From: Welwitschia mirabilis
Taxonomy: Eukaryota
Assembly: GCA_051453625.1 (NCBI GenBank)
Contig: JBOZIK010000001.1
Coordinates: 32,355,501 to 32,415,729, forward strand
Reading direction: 5' to 3'
Length of the DNA stretch: 60,229 bases
Shown: one piece after another, positions 1 to 13,518 of the stretch
Position numbering within the stretch: position 1 is the stretch's first letter
Layout: each line of letters opens with the position of its first letter
Made by a program: the position numbers and the translations under genes
Notes under the pieces: generated by a model
Seen by the model: the letters and a program-made list of their open reading frames with translations, nothing else
Database searches by the model: none
What the model was told of the DNA's origin: nothing

Positions 1-1948
1 TTAAACTTCAAACCAAGTAGCTCAAATTATCAAACAAGCACATCAAATTCACAAAACCAAAATTATCCACTTAGTAGTTTCATTGACGAATTAAGAAAAA
101 TCTTAAGACAAATTCAAACCTTGAACATCTAGTGATTGTTCTTCAATAAACTATACTTCAAATCAAGGACTATAAACATCACTTTTAATATAACCTTTGC
201 CAAACCTAATAAAGTAAGAAAATATTGTAAGGTTATGACAAGAAGTAAAATTGAAATAATACCTCCTACCTGTAAGGCTTTAACATTATAAAATAATAAG
301 AAAAATGAAGAAAAAGAAGAGGATATTGAAATCTTAGAAAATCATACTTTTTCTTATGCTTTAAGTGATAATCTTAAAAAGATAAATTCTTCATAAGATA
401 AAGGTAAGAAGCCTATTACTCCTTGGCTTAATAGATCAAATATCAGTGCTACTTTTGATGATTATCTTAAAGCCTTAATGCAAGATGTGAGCATAANNNN
501 NNNNNNNNNNNNNNNNNNNNNNNNNNNNNNNNNNNNNNNNNNNNNNNNNNNNNNNNNNNNNNNNNNNNNNNNNNNNNNNNNNNNNNNNNNNNNNNNTATC
601 ACTACTATTACTAACTTAGATGGCATTATGAGTGCATAATCCACTTAGATGGCTGTAAAAATGAGTGTCATGCTTATAGCCCAGTATTATATATTCTAGC
701 TGATATACTAATAATAGACTAGTTATTTTGGTGACACATCTATCACCTGCCTATCAGATTCTTTAAAGATGGCTAATTCATAACATTAATTTATCATTCT
801 ATAACAATCATGCCATGGTGGCTCATTTGCAAATGTTAATAGGATTTAAGTAGGGGAACCAAATGGACTTATTAACATTTATTTAAAGGATACTTGGGAC
901 CATGATTAAGGCTCAATAGCTACGGACTCTAGAATATCAATGTCTCCTCTCATCTATGTTTAGATAATTTGATACACTTAAACTTGTGGATAAGTAGAGA
1001 TTCACACATCTATAGGCATTATCTCATTACCTATAAGATATGGATATACAGGTTTTAAAAGATGTAGAGAGACCTTTGGTATGAAAACCTATGATTGGCA
1101 TTATGATTAAGTAGATACAGGAACTTCTGTTGGATATAGAACATGGATTTAAAGAGGTTATGGACCGAGGCTACACTGAGCTACATTAGATTATATCCAT
1201 AGTTGAAAAAAAAGTTTAACACATTAATAAGGAGCTGACTAATATGCATTAGCACATATTATGCATTAATCACAATGTGATAGTTAACATCCTAGAGGTA
1301 ATTAAAGTATAAGGAGATGAGACTATGCACTCTATCATGATAGTCCTTAATCATTATTTTCCAATAGATCTTGAGCACCCTCCATCTTCTCCACTTGCAC
1401 CTGAGCTTATTGTGCATCAGAAATTTATTTTGGCATGACGAGGCAAGTGAATTATTATGTTGTATTATGTATCTTTCCTCTGTGAATTGTACTTAAAAAA
1501 ACTCATGATTTTATATAGACATTTTTTTAGTATTATTATTGCAAGTACATATTATTGAGACATTTCATGATGATGATTTTTTATGTTATACATGATTATT
1601 TTTAATGATATGTTGTACATGTAAGTAAGAAGCTGTTAATTCTATTAAGTGTTAATGTTTATCTTTCTGAAAAAATTTTTATAGGCTTCTACTTTTTAAG
1701 AATAATTTTTAAGTATATCATCCTCTCCATTATCCGAACATCCACTAGGATGATAGTATGGCCATTTACTTTGCATAGGTAAAACATTCATTTATCTATT
1801 TTTGTTATTTTTGTTCTACATTCTAGATTTTTAAGATTATTTCTGAGTTTTTTTTATAGTTTCCTCGTTGATTTATCTTTAGTCAATTTGGTAATCATGG
1901 TTGCTCGCCTAATTTTATTAGGAATTGATAAGGCAAAGTGATGGGCTA
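1..1948 (+). mobile_element. Partial Athila-like Ty3/Gypsy internal region (copy Z): gag/pol spacer (1-496), 100-N gap, 3' region with extra ORF remnant and PPT
   Basis: 1-496 aligns by eye with 5010-5510 of copy A; 597-1948 aligns with ~12125-13518 of copy A. Ends in decayed PPT AAGGCAAAGTGATGGGCTA directly before an LTR. Confidence 0.85.
597..1425 (+). pseudogene. Decayed extra (post-pol) ORF of copy Z, C-terminal part
   Basis: Translates to PAYQIL*RWLIHNIN (~746), LEYQCLLSSMFR*F (~929) and HYFPIDLEHPPSSPLAPE (~1352); homologous to 12125-12950. Confidence 0.6.
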
Positions 1949-3172
1949 TGTTGTGTTATCAAATTATATGTATTTGAGAGGATATTTTGAGTAGTTTTGT
2001 AGGGTAGTAGATATATCTATGTTGAGTTTCTATGATCATGGAGAGTTAAGGAAAATATTATGAAAACATGCAATCTTCATTACATTTGATAGCATTTAAG
2101 ACAGATTGTAATAATTCCTATCTAAAGTAGTAATCCTATAATCAAAGAGGTTGATTTGACACAAGAAACATCTTTACAAATCCCACTATCCACCTTATTA
2201 ACCAGATGACTAGACAAATGATAGAAAAACATATGCTAACTAAGATGCTTATTAGACTAATCTAGTAGTATATGTGGATCCTGCATGATGTGGCATCATC
2301 CCCTATGATGTCTGTATGAATAGAAGAATGATGCCTAAATATAATGCTTCACCAAACTTTACCAAACTTTCATTATGTATCTTGTATCTTCTTATGAAGT
2401 TGTTAGGGTTTCTTTATTTCTAATAAATACCTCCTTTGTCCTTGACTTTAACTTTTTCATCTTTAGCACCAGAAATTCTTATGATAAGAGATCAAAGGGT
2501 AGGAAATCCATCCTTTATTATTGCAGGGAGACATCTTCCTTGGTGTTAATCTATGTATCCTTCATTCAAGTGTTGTTGCTTTATAACACAAATGTTGGCT
2601 TGAATTAATTAAAACTCTATTTTCCTTTTTATATCTTTTGTTATGTGCATCTCTCTTATGGTTTATGTTGTTTATGATTCCATGATAGCCTCATCTGTGA
2701 TATAGGTCATAAAAGCAATCTTTATTAAGGTCAACACTAGTAGTTTAGATGTATTACATTTCATTTTCTAGATTAACTTGTATTGTTTTTATATTTTGTT
2801 TAACACACCTGATATCTTAGGTTATTCTTGATTAGTAATGGTTTGCTTGATTGATCTAAGTTATACAGGGTCAATCTCCATAATAGGTTAATGTGATAAT
2901 TGAATAGATGTTGCATTTAGTTTAGTCTTGCATCTCATTTGCATAGTATGTTTACTTGCATTATTTAATTTACATCATTATTTGTTTTTACTTAGAAAGT
3001 GCATAATTATTTTATTTGAAATCAATTCTCTTTCTTCTCGCCTATGCCTTTGATGAATTACGACATTCGAGTTACTCTCATATATGTTAGTGTATTGTGT
3101 TTTGTAATATATATTTATGATTGACAAGATTTAATAAGAATGTAAAAGATTACATAAATATGCACTATAATA
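1949..3172 (+). repeat. LTR shared by copy Z (as 3' LTR) and copy A (as 5' LTR)
   Basis: Starts TGTTGTGTTATCAAATT, ends TGCACTATAATA (decayed CACTGCAACA); colinear with 13519-14767; preceded by a PPT and followed by a decayed PBS. Confidence 0.85.
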
Positions 3173-3884
3173 TCGATGTTGGTAGGGAGGGCTACTTGGA
3201 GTTTTAGAATTATCATTGCTCAGATAAGTAGTTTAGATTTTAATTTAGGTATTTGTCTATAGTAGTGCTATATCTTTATAGTAGAACCATATTTCATTTT
3301 TTAATTTGCATTCTAAGATTAATGACCTTTCATCCCACTTATCATTTAGCTGACACATGATGAAAATGGTTTATATAGTTAGGGTTTTTCATTTTCATAA
3401 GAGCTAGAATTTCTTCCATTGTTTCATTTGTCATTTAGATGACTCAAAGGATGACTATTAATTTTCATTCTATGTTATTTTACAACTCTGTTTTATGTGT
3501 TTTTTGTTTTAGAGTTTTTTGTATCTTCTATTATCCAGGTACATTATTTAAACAATCATAAATATGACATTTGTAGTAATAGAATTTAGCACATTGGGAT
3601 ACAGTAAACTTAGGTAAAAAGACAAAGTATTAGAGAGAGAAGTTACTGATGGAAGAAACATCAAAGAAGGTTTGATTGACTATGAATTAATCCCAGGTAC
3701 ATACACCTAAAGTATGCAAAATATTTCAAGAATTGAGTAAGAAGATTTTTTTGTATTTATTATTTTAGAATCTGATTTTTTCAATGAAAATTTTTCAAAA
3801 GAAAGTTTAGAAGCAAATAGTTTTATTATAATGTTAAATTCTATGAAAAAATAGAAGCAAGTATCTTCTACAACTATTCCTATC

Positions 3885-6800
3885 ATGAGAGGAACCTCTA
3901 CTACCCCCATAAATCCAAATTCCAATGTCACTCTTAAAGAACTAATTGCAAACAAAAAGCATGAAATCCAAAATCCTTTCAACCTACCTCCTAGGGATGA
4001 TGTTGAGTTAAGAAATTTAAATGCATCTCCTTTTTTTAATGGAGAAAATGATAAAGATCCCCTTTAGAATATAGCCAACATCAAAAATATAGTGCTTACT
4101 TCAAGAAATGGTAAAAAATAAATTAGTGACTATACTTACATGGTTATTTTTATCATCACATTAAAACGAAAAATGAAATTATAGCTAAGAACTATTTATT
4201 ATAAAAGCTTAAAAACATGAAATCAAGTTTAAGAAGCCTTTATAAAATGATTTATAATTAAAACTAAAATAAGAAAAATAAAGAAAGAGGTAATAAATTT
4301 CCAATAATAACTTAATCAAAATTATGCCAATATTTATGAATGATTTTTCATTACAATTCATTCCAATCCCACTGATGCATTTACTCAAGAAGAATTAATA
4401 GGCTATTTCTAAAATGGACTAAATAGTCAAAATAAATAATCTATAAATTTTTCATGGGATTGAACTTTAATGAATCTTACATTAGAAAATGCATGAAATT
4501 TGTTGGAAGAATTAGTGGAAGTAAGTTAAACATGGCCTAAACCAACATCTAAAGAAAACCATACTATAGACCAAATCATAAAAGATCTTAAAGAAGTGAG
4601 ACAAGAAAAGGAGGAAGTAAAAATAGAAAAAGAACAAATAAATGTAATTAAGGATTTTACAACAACATTACAAAAATACACTCAAATGATTTTAGATGCA
4701 AAAGTAATAACTAAAAAGAGTGTGATTCCAACTTGTGACTTTTGTAAAGACAACTATCATATAACTAAAGAATGTCCTTTATTATCAATTTGCAAAGAGA
4801 AAATCCATAAAGAAGTATGTTCTTTCAACTAAAAATCTTCAAACTTTAGAAATAAAAATTAAAATCAAAGCTAATTTCAACGTAGGATGAATTGACAACC
4901 TAACTTTTAATCTTTTGAAAATAAATTCAAGAATTTTAAAATAAATCATTCAAATTTTTGACCATTTAGAAATAAATTTGAGAATGCTAACTTTCAATTA
5001 AACAACTATTACTTCCAATCAAGTAGCTCAAACTTTCAATCAAGTACATCAAATTTTTAAAATCAAAATGATACACTTAGAAATTCTATTAATGAACTAG
5101 AAAAATCTCAAGAGAAGACTAATTTAAATATTGAAAATCTAGTGAATGTTATTTAATAAACTATGCTTATAAATAAAATACCACAAGGATCACCTATAAC
5201 ACAACCTTTATCAAACCCTAATGAAGTAAGAAAAGATTGTAAGATTGTAACAAGTAGTAAAAATTTCATAACACCTCCTACCCATAGGGCTTTAACTTTC
5301 AAAAATGATAAGAAAGATGAAGAAGAAGAAGAGGATATTTCAATTTTAGAAAATCATAATTTTCTTTCTCCTTTAAGTGGTAAGATTAATAAGAAATATT
5401 TTTCACAAAATAAATGAAAAGAACCTACTAACTCTTGGCTTGATAGATTAAATATCACTCCTACATTTAATGATCATCTTAAAGCCTTAATGCAAGATGT
5501 GAGCATAAATTTACCATTTTGAAAACTCTTGCAAGAAAATGCTACATTTTCTAAGTTATAGTAAGACCTAATTAGGAGGAAATAAAAATAAACCATACAT
5601 AGTAAAGTCTTCCTAGTCCAACTTATAACTAACTTAGTTTTGTAAAAATGTCCAAACTTTAAGGATTTGAGGGTAGAAATAGTTAATGTTGTATTAGAAG
5701 AAAATAAAAAAAATAAAGAAAGCCATAATTGATAGAGGAGAGAGTGTTAATATTATGCTTTTATACATTTGTCAATGACTTAGATTAGAAAGTAGAATTG
5801 AGCCTACACATATTATTTTAGAATTAGTAGATACATCAATGAAGAAATCTTTTAAAGTAATAAAAAATTTGGTGATTTAAATTGAGAATGAATCCTCTCT
5901 AATAAATGTGGTTGTGATCAAAGTTGAGCATTATGAAGATTATCCACTACTTCTATATAGGGAATTTTGTGCAACAACCCATTGTATTTTTGATACAAAA
6001 CTAGATGATGAAGTGTCACTTAGAAAATAAAAAGTCTACCACTAGATTTTTTTTTGAGGCTACTAAAAAAGACACAGGTGATGAGTGGAATGTAGAGGAA
6101 AAAATTAAGTCAATATTCTTTTTCTAACATCATCCACTTAAAGAGAGTTGATTAATGCTTCATAAGCCTTCCTTATATGATGATCCACTTAAAGTGAAAA
6201 ACTTGAAAGCTTTCAATGGTGTTGAACTTAACTATGAGCATTTAGTAACTAACTATTTTGATTAAAAAAGTAAAGAAACTAAAGTTGTAATCAATATAAA
6301 ATCTTAACATCTAAAAAAACTAAGATTTTATATTTTAAAAAATGTCATCCACCCATATCATCTAGATGATGATATGAGATGATAATCAACTTTTATAAAA
6401 AATTAACAAAAACTAAAAATCTAAATTTAAATCTAAAATCTTGACCTAGTGGATTGAAATATATCTTTCTGTGTAATGATTTATATAAACCTTTGATACC
6501 AAATGGGAATCTTTTCTTTCAATAAGATTTGATTTTAATCTTTCTTTTAAATTCTAAGATTAATGAATTTACTTGGACCCATAAAGATCTAATAGCTATT
6601 TCTACTTCTATTAATCAACATAAAATCTACCTTGAGGATAATGCAAAACCTATTAGGTAATCTCAACAAACTAAATCTAGCCCTTATGTAAGTCATAAAA
6701 AATGAAATCATTAAATTAATGGATGATAAAATTATTTATGTCATATCTAATAATAAGTGGATTAGCCCTTTGATGGTAGTATCTAAAAAAGGAGGGAAGT

Positions 6801-9570
6801 CGAGAATGCATATTAATTTTAGAAAGCTAAATGAAGTAATGAAAAAAGACCATTACCCTTTACCTCTTCTTGATCAAATTCTTAATAGAATCTAAGGACA
6901 TATATTTAATTACTTTCTTGGTGGATATATTGATTATAATCAAGTTTGTATAACTAGTAAGGATAAAGTAAATGCAATTTTCACTTTATCTTTTGGAACA
7001 TTTGCCTTTAAGTGCATGCTTTTTAGACTTTATAATGATCTTAGTACTTTTCAACATGCAATGATGGGTATCTTTTATGAAATATTAGATGATTAAATTA
7101 AATTTTTTATGGATGAATTCTAAATCTATGGTTAAAACTTTGAATAGATCTTAGAAAGGTTAGAGAAAGTCCTTAATAGATGTATTAAGAGTGGGTTACA
7201 TTTGAGTTAGGAGAAGAGTTTCTTTGTATTTGATAATGGAATTGTCTTAGATTATTACATTTCTTGTAGAGTAATTATAAGGGACCTTAAAAATGTAAGT
7301 ATCATTAAAAACCTAACTCCTACAACAAATTTAAAATAAGTTCAATCTTTCCTCGATTATTATGATTTTATAGGTGTTTTATTTAAGATTATGCTAAAAT
7401 TTGTAAATCCCTTTACTGGTTACTTGAAAAAGAAGCTAAATTTGAATGTAATAAATCTTGTGAGCTTACTTTTGAAACACTTAAAGATAAAATCTATTTC
7501 ACAACTATTGTAACAAGACTTAATTAAAATAAAGATTTTGAATTATTATGTGATGCTAGTAATATTATCGTGGATGGGGTTCTTAGATAAAACTATGAAA
7601 ATGATTTCAAAGTTATATCTTATTAGAACAAAACATTATCTGAATCTCAATCAAATTATACTACTATTAATAAATAAATGTTAACCATAATCTTTTGCTT
7701 TGATACTTTTAAATACTATGTTTTAGTCTTTCATATGAATGTTTATACCAACCATATAGCTATTAGATACATTATGACCAAGAAAGATTCTAGTGCTAAA
7801 CTCATTAGATGAATCCTCCTCATGCAAGAATTTAATTTAACATCATTAATAAAGTAAGAAAACATAATATTATAGCAAATAATTTATCACATCCTTATTC
7901 TTCTCTTGATAATCTTATAATTAATGATTCTTTTCTAGATGAATAATGTTTTACAATGTCCCCTACTCATCCTTCTCTTTAGTATGCTAACATAGTTAAT
8001 TATCTTGATACTATAAAAATATCATAACATTAGATTCATAATCAAAAAAAATATTTTCTTTATAAAATGGGTAATTATGAATAGATAGACCCACATAATT
8101 ATTATAGGTACAAAGATCACATCAGAAAATGTGTGCCTGAATGGGAAAAAATCAATATACTTCATCTTTATGGAGGTTATTTTAATGAACAAAAATTAGC
8201 AATGAGAAATTTTCACTTTGGTTTTTATTGGACTAATTTTTTCATGACTCTTTTGATTTTCTTAGAAGGTATGATGCTTGTTAATGTTATGGTAGTTTTA
8301 TTTAATCTCATGATATACCTCTTAAACCTATTCTTGAATGTGAACTTTTTAATTATTGGGAACTAATTTAATAATTCCTATTAAACCACCTTGTAATAAT
8401 TCCTATTAAAAAATTTTGTTTTTATTAAATTATTATTAGTGATCAAGAAACTCACTTTATAAATCATCTTTTTAGAAAACTTATATTATTCATTAGAATT
8501 GAACAGAGAATAACTTATGCTTATTATCCACAAACTAATGATGAAGCTGAAAATATAAATAAAGAAATAAAGAAAATTCTTTAAAAACTTGTATTTGTTA
8601 ATAAGAAATCATAGGCCTCAAAGTTTAATAATGTTCTTTGGACCTACCATACTACTTGGCATAATTCTCTTAGCTTTTTACCTTATAAACTTGTGTATGG
8701 AAAAGTTTGTATTTTATCAATTAATGTATGTTATAACTCTTATCATATTTTTTATTAACTTAACTTTATAGATCTTTATAAAAATCTTAAAAATAGATTA
8801 TCCCAAATTAATTACTTAGATGAAAAATGTACATATGTTATACATTATCAACTCATTTATAACATCTAGGCTAAGTTCAAACATGATAAAAAGTTACTTC
8901 ATAAAAATTTTAAACCTAGTTTAAGTGTTCTTTTATATAACACTAGAGTGCGTCTTTTACACAACAAGTTAACCTCTAAATGGTTGAGTCCTTATTTTAT
9001 AGAAAAAGTACATTTTAATGGCTCTGTTAAGATTTCTAACTTAAATGCTAAATAGATTCAGAAATTTAATGGACAAAGGTTAAAAATATATAAAAACCCT
9101 TTTAATGCAATCTTAAATATAATAGNNNNNNNNNNNNNNNNNNNNNNNNNNNNNNNNNNNNNNNNNNNNNNNNNNNNNNNNNNNNNNNNNNNNNNNNNNN
9201 NNNNNNNNNNNNNNNNNNNNNNNNNNNNNNNNNNNNNNNNNNNNNNNNNNNNNNNNNNNNNNNNNNNNNATGCCATACATCATCAACTCATTTACAAATC
9301 CCAAGCTAAGTTCAAATATGATAGAAAGTTACTTCATAAAAAGTTTAAACCTAAACTTGTTTTTTAATATAATACTAGAGTACATATTTTACATGTCAAG
9401 TTAACCTATAAATGGTTAGGTCTTTATCTTATAGAGAAAATACATTCTAATGGCTCTATTGAGATTTTTGACTTAGACACTAAGGAGATTCACAAAGTTA
9501 ATGGACAAAGGTTGAAAATATATGAAAAACCTTTTGATACAAACCTAAACATAATAGAAGCAAGTGTTTA
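3885..9570 (+). pseudogene. gag-pol pseudogene of copy A
   Basis: Zinc-knuckle-like CDFCKDNYHITKEC (~4735); protease AIIDRGESVNIM (~5725); RT KWISPLMVVSKKGG and FMDEF (~7105); RNase H LCDAS (~7547); integrase YYPQTNDEAE (~8522) and KWLSPY tail; many stops and frameshifts. Confidence 0.9.
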
Positions 9571-9937
9571 GAGGTTCTCCTCAAGGGGGAAGACTTCCAC
9601 CCTACCATTGTCTAAATTCTTTATTAGTCTATTCCTTTGATAAATGTTATGATGTCACTTGATCATCTTTAAAACTTGACTTATGTGTTTGCTTTATGAA
9701 GTTTCTATAGCTAGTATTCATGCTTGGGCATTTTAGTGATAAGATTGGATTCACCTAATCTTAAGACATTCACATGTCTATGAACTTCACTTTAAAGAAA
9801 GATTCCTTATTTCTTGTATTTTTATCAATGGTGTGAGGTCTTTAGTTTTTTAGATGTATTTTTTTCTTTCATTCATAACTTTAATTTATTTTTTTGAGTG
9901 TGAGATCATATGAAAATTATTTGTGTAAGGGAAGAAA

Positions 9938-9938
9938 G

Positions 9939-9969
<31 letters not shown>

Positions 9970-9970
9970 A
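9938..9970. repeat. (AT)n(AG)n microsatellite
   Basis: Directly visible in the 3' region of copy A. Confidence 0.9.
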
Positions 9971-11744
9971 AGAATAACGACTATCATCTATTATATCTAT
10001 ACTAAAATAAATGATCACTATGATGTCCTATCATACCAAGGTAAAATTTTTTAAAATGAATCTTTGATAGTATTGATAGCTATGGAAACTCCACTAGAGG
10101 GTCACTTGATCATACTTTATAGGTCCTTACTTCTCTAACTATTGTTAAACTCCCCTCATTATGGAAAGCAATAATAAAACTTTGAGGCTATGGGACCACT
10201 AGTATATTTGGTATTAGTAGAGGCCTAAACTATTAGTATTCCCACATGATCATTTCAATTTTAAGGATTAGGGTGTGTTTTGGGATGTTTTAGTTTAAGT
10301 ATTTGATCTTTGATATCATCATAATCACTGCCTTTTGGGTGAAACTTTATAGAGTCAATACATTTTTCATGCATCTTTTCTTAGGTGATTTTATGATTTC
10401 TTCTAAGGTGATTTACTAGAATGGAATTTAGGGTAGGTATAATATCTTCTTCATGTTCTTAACTGTCCATTTTCATTCTTGTTATTTCAAATTCATTTTC
10501 ATGCTTTTTCATCATCATTTTAAGGCCTTGTCATTTAGTAGTTTTCTTATGTTATTTTCATTTTCACTTATGTTAGTTTATCAAATAAAATTAACTTCAT
10601 TTTAACATATTCTCATTTCATTAGATGATTTTCTTTATGATTTTTATGATATTACTTTGAGTCTTTTAGAGTTCTACATATTTTCATGATTATTTTTTAA
10701 TTCAAGCACATTTGTTTAGGTTTTTTTTCATGCTTCATCTTACTTAGTGCATTTTCATCATTCTGTATTTTGATTATTTTGAGTATTCCTCATTCTGATG
10801 CTTATTTATCACTACTCTTTATCATTTCCTATCTTTTAAGTTTTTTGATAAAATTTGATACCTTCACACTGATATCTAAGATTAACTTATTTGACTAACA
10901 TTTTTATTTTTTAGAAAATTTTTAAATTCCCATCATACCTCGTGTTCTCTAGATGATAAGGTGGATGATAGATTAGATTTTTTTAAGAGTCCCCCTGAGT
11001 TATTATCTGGATAATATGACCAAATCATAGTGCAATAAAACCATCATTACATTTATTTTCCTCCATTTTTATTCATTTATGAGTTATTTTTATTTGTTCC
11101 TTTGAGAGACGACTATCATACTAATACCTACCAATGTCTTAGAACTTTCTCCCATGAGTTTAGCACACTAAATTATAGGATTAGTGAAAATTTATAAAAA
11201 TGAGGTATATTTTTCTTTCCATTATTATTTTTTATTTTTCCCCTATTTTTGAGCCTTTCAGCATGTAGTTTTCATGTATGTTAATCAATTTTTCATGCTC
11301 TTTGATTTGGTACTTAGAGATCTAATTTTCACTACATATTTTGTGAGATATATGAATTTGTATGCTTTATGAGGTAGAATTAAATTTTTAATGTTAAACC
11401 TTATTTTCTTAAAAATTATAAGTTAAAGTATAATGATTCTTATAGGTAAATTAATCAATATAATGGCTATACATTTCTATTAGTATAGATTTTTTATTGG
11501 AGAACCTTTATTTTTGACCTTATGTGGACTTATTTGTGTTTTTTTTTTAACTTTTCTTGCATTTTGCATCTTTATTTATGGGATGTTTTGATCCTTTTGA
11601 GAAGGCTATGAATATTGTCATAATTTTTACACATTAAAAACTAATCTATGAGATTGTTTAAATTTTCCACAAGATTCATTTTAGTGATTTCCATTTAATA
11701 TCATGGAATGATTTTTGCATTTATAACTGATTAGGCCATATACA

Positions 11745-12950
11745 CAATGGAATAGATGAGATTAGGTAAAGGTCAAGGTAGTAGAGCCAGAAGTGGACCT
11801 TATAGTACCACTTGAGATTGAATGAGTAGAGCTAGTTCATCCTCCTTCTCACTAGGCATGATCATAGTCTATTTAAATAACCTCTATTTAAGTAGAGAGG
11901 TATTTTAGTGATTTCATGAATCGACTATACCTGGAGGTGAAGCAAAGACTCATAAATCTTTATCTCAAGTGGATTTTACATGCACACGGAGCTTACTATG
12001 TCTTAAAGGCTAGAGATTTTTATGATCTCTATGCACATAGAGATGCATTTGAATGCTAGTGACCATCTTATTAACATGATTATAGCTATCATTTGCAATC
12101 ATTAGATATCTATTTTTTTAATCCATGTCATTACTATTACTAACTTAGGTGATATCAAAAGTACACACATCCACTCAGCTAGAAATACAAAGGAGTGTCA
12201 TGCTTAAGGGATAGCATTAGATATACCATTTGACCTAAGAAGTGATAGGCAAGGAGTTCTAATGCTATAGTTATGGCTTGCCTATCAGATTTGTTATAGA
12301 GAGCTAATTTATAACATCAGCCCATTATTCAATGACATCCATGTCATGGTCATTCACCATTAGATGATAGTATTATTTAGGTGGAAGGACAAATGGATTT
12401 ACTAATCTTTGTTTAAAGAAGACTTATGAGCATGATTGAGGTCCAATAATTATAGACTCTAGGATATCCTTACCTTCTCTTAGCTATGTTTAGATGTTTT
12501 AGTATGTATAAGTATGTAGGCAAGTAGAGACTTATGCATATTTAGACTTTAGTTCATTACCTATAAGACATAGGCATTTAAATTTTAGAAGAGATAGAGA
12601 TACCTTAGGCAAAGATACCTATGGTTGATGTCATTAGCAAGTAGGTTCAAGATCTTTTGGTAGACATTACATAGGATATTACAAAGATTATAGGCCAAAG
12701 CCTCGTCATGCTTAAGTAGAGAATATCCATGGTTGAGAGGAAAGTTTAACATACTAAGGTGTGGTTAACTGATGTGCAATAGTGCATATTATGCATTGAG
12801 AATGGTGTAATAGTTTTCCTTCCAAAGGCTATCAGAGTACAAGGAAATAATATGACATGCTCCATTATAACATGACTTAATCATCATTTACTTTTAGATC
12901 TTAAGCACTCTCTATATTTTTCACTTGCACTTAAGCTTACTGTACATTAA
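11745..12950 (+). pseudogene. Decayed extra ORF between pol and 3' LTR (Athila ORF / plant-transposon-protein-like)
   Basis: Basic N-terminus RLGKGQGSRARSGP, then ARDFYDLY, WLAYQICYRELIYNISP (12274), LGYPYLLLAMFRCF (12459), a coiled-coil-like segment and a tail that is Pro-rich in copy Z. Confidence 0.6.
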
Positions 12951-13500
12951 TAATTTATTTTGGCATAATAAGTGGAATCATTTATTATGTTAAGTCATGT
13001 ATATTTCCTTTATTTATTGTATTAAAAAATCATATTTTTATAGACATATCATTTTCTAAGTATTATTATGAAGTACATTTCTATTGCTAAGATATTATGC
13101 ACATCTTTTACATATCATTTTTGACATTACATGATGATAATTTTTCTTATGTTATACATGAATAATTTTTATGATATGATGTACATTTAAGTGGAGGGCT
13201 ATTAAAACTATTATGTTTTAATGTTTATCATTATGGTAAATTTTTCATAGGATTCTGCTTTTCAAGAATAATCTTTGAGTCTGTCATTTCCTCATTGTTC
13301 AGATGACCACCAAGATGTTAGTACAATCATTTAATCTACATAGGTGAAATGTTTAGTTATATATTTTTAATGTTTTTATCTTTTATTCTAAGAGTTTTGA
13401 AATTATTTCTAAGTTTACATATAGTTCCCTAGTTTATTTATTATTAGTTGATATCACTTACAATCATGATTATTTACTTGGCTTTGTCAAGGATTGATAA

Positions 13501-13518
13501 AGCTAAGTTGGGGAGCCA
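13501..13518 (+). promoter_or_regulatory. Polypurine tract (PPT) of copy A
   Basis: AGCTAAGTTGGGGAGCCA immediately before the LTR start TGTTGCAC. Confidence 0.75.

Noticed and set aside
497..596. Apparent large internal deletion in copy Z (gag spacer next to 3' region)
   Set aside because: The junction is an exactly 100-N placeholder gap of unknown size; the missing ~6.6 kb may simply be unassembled.
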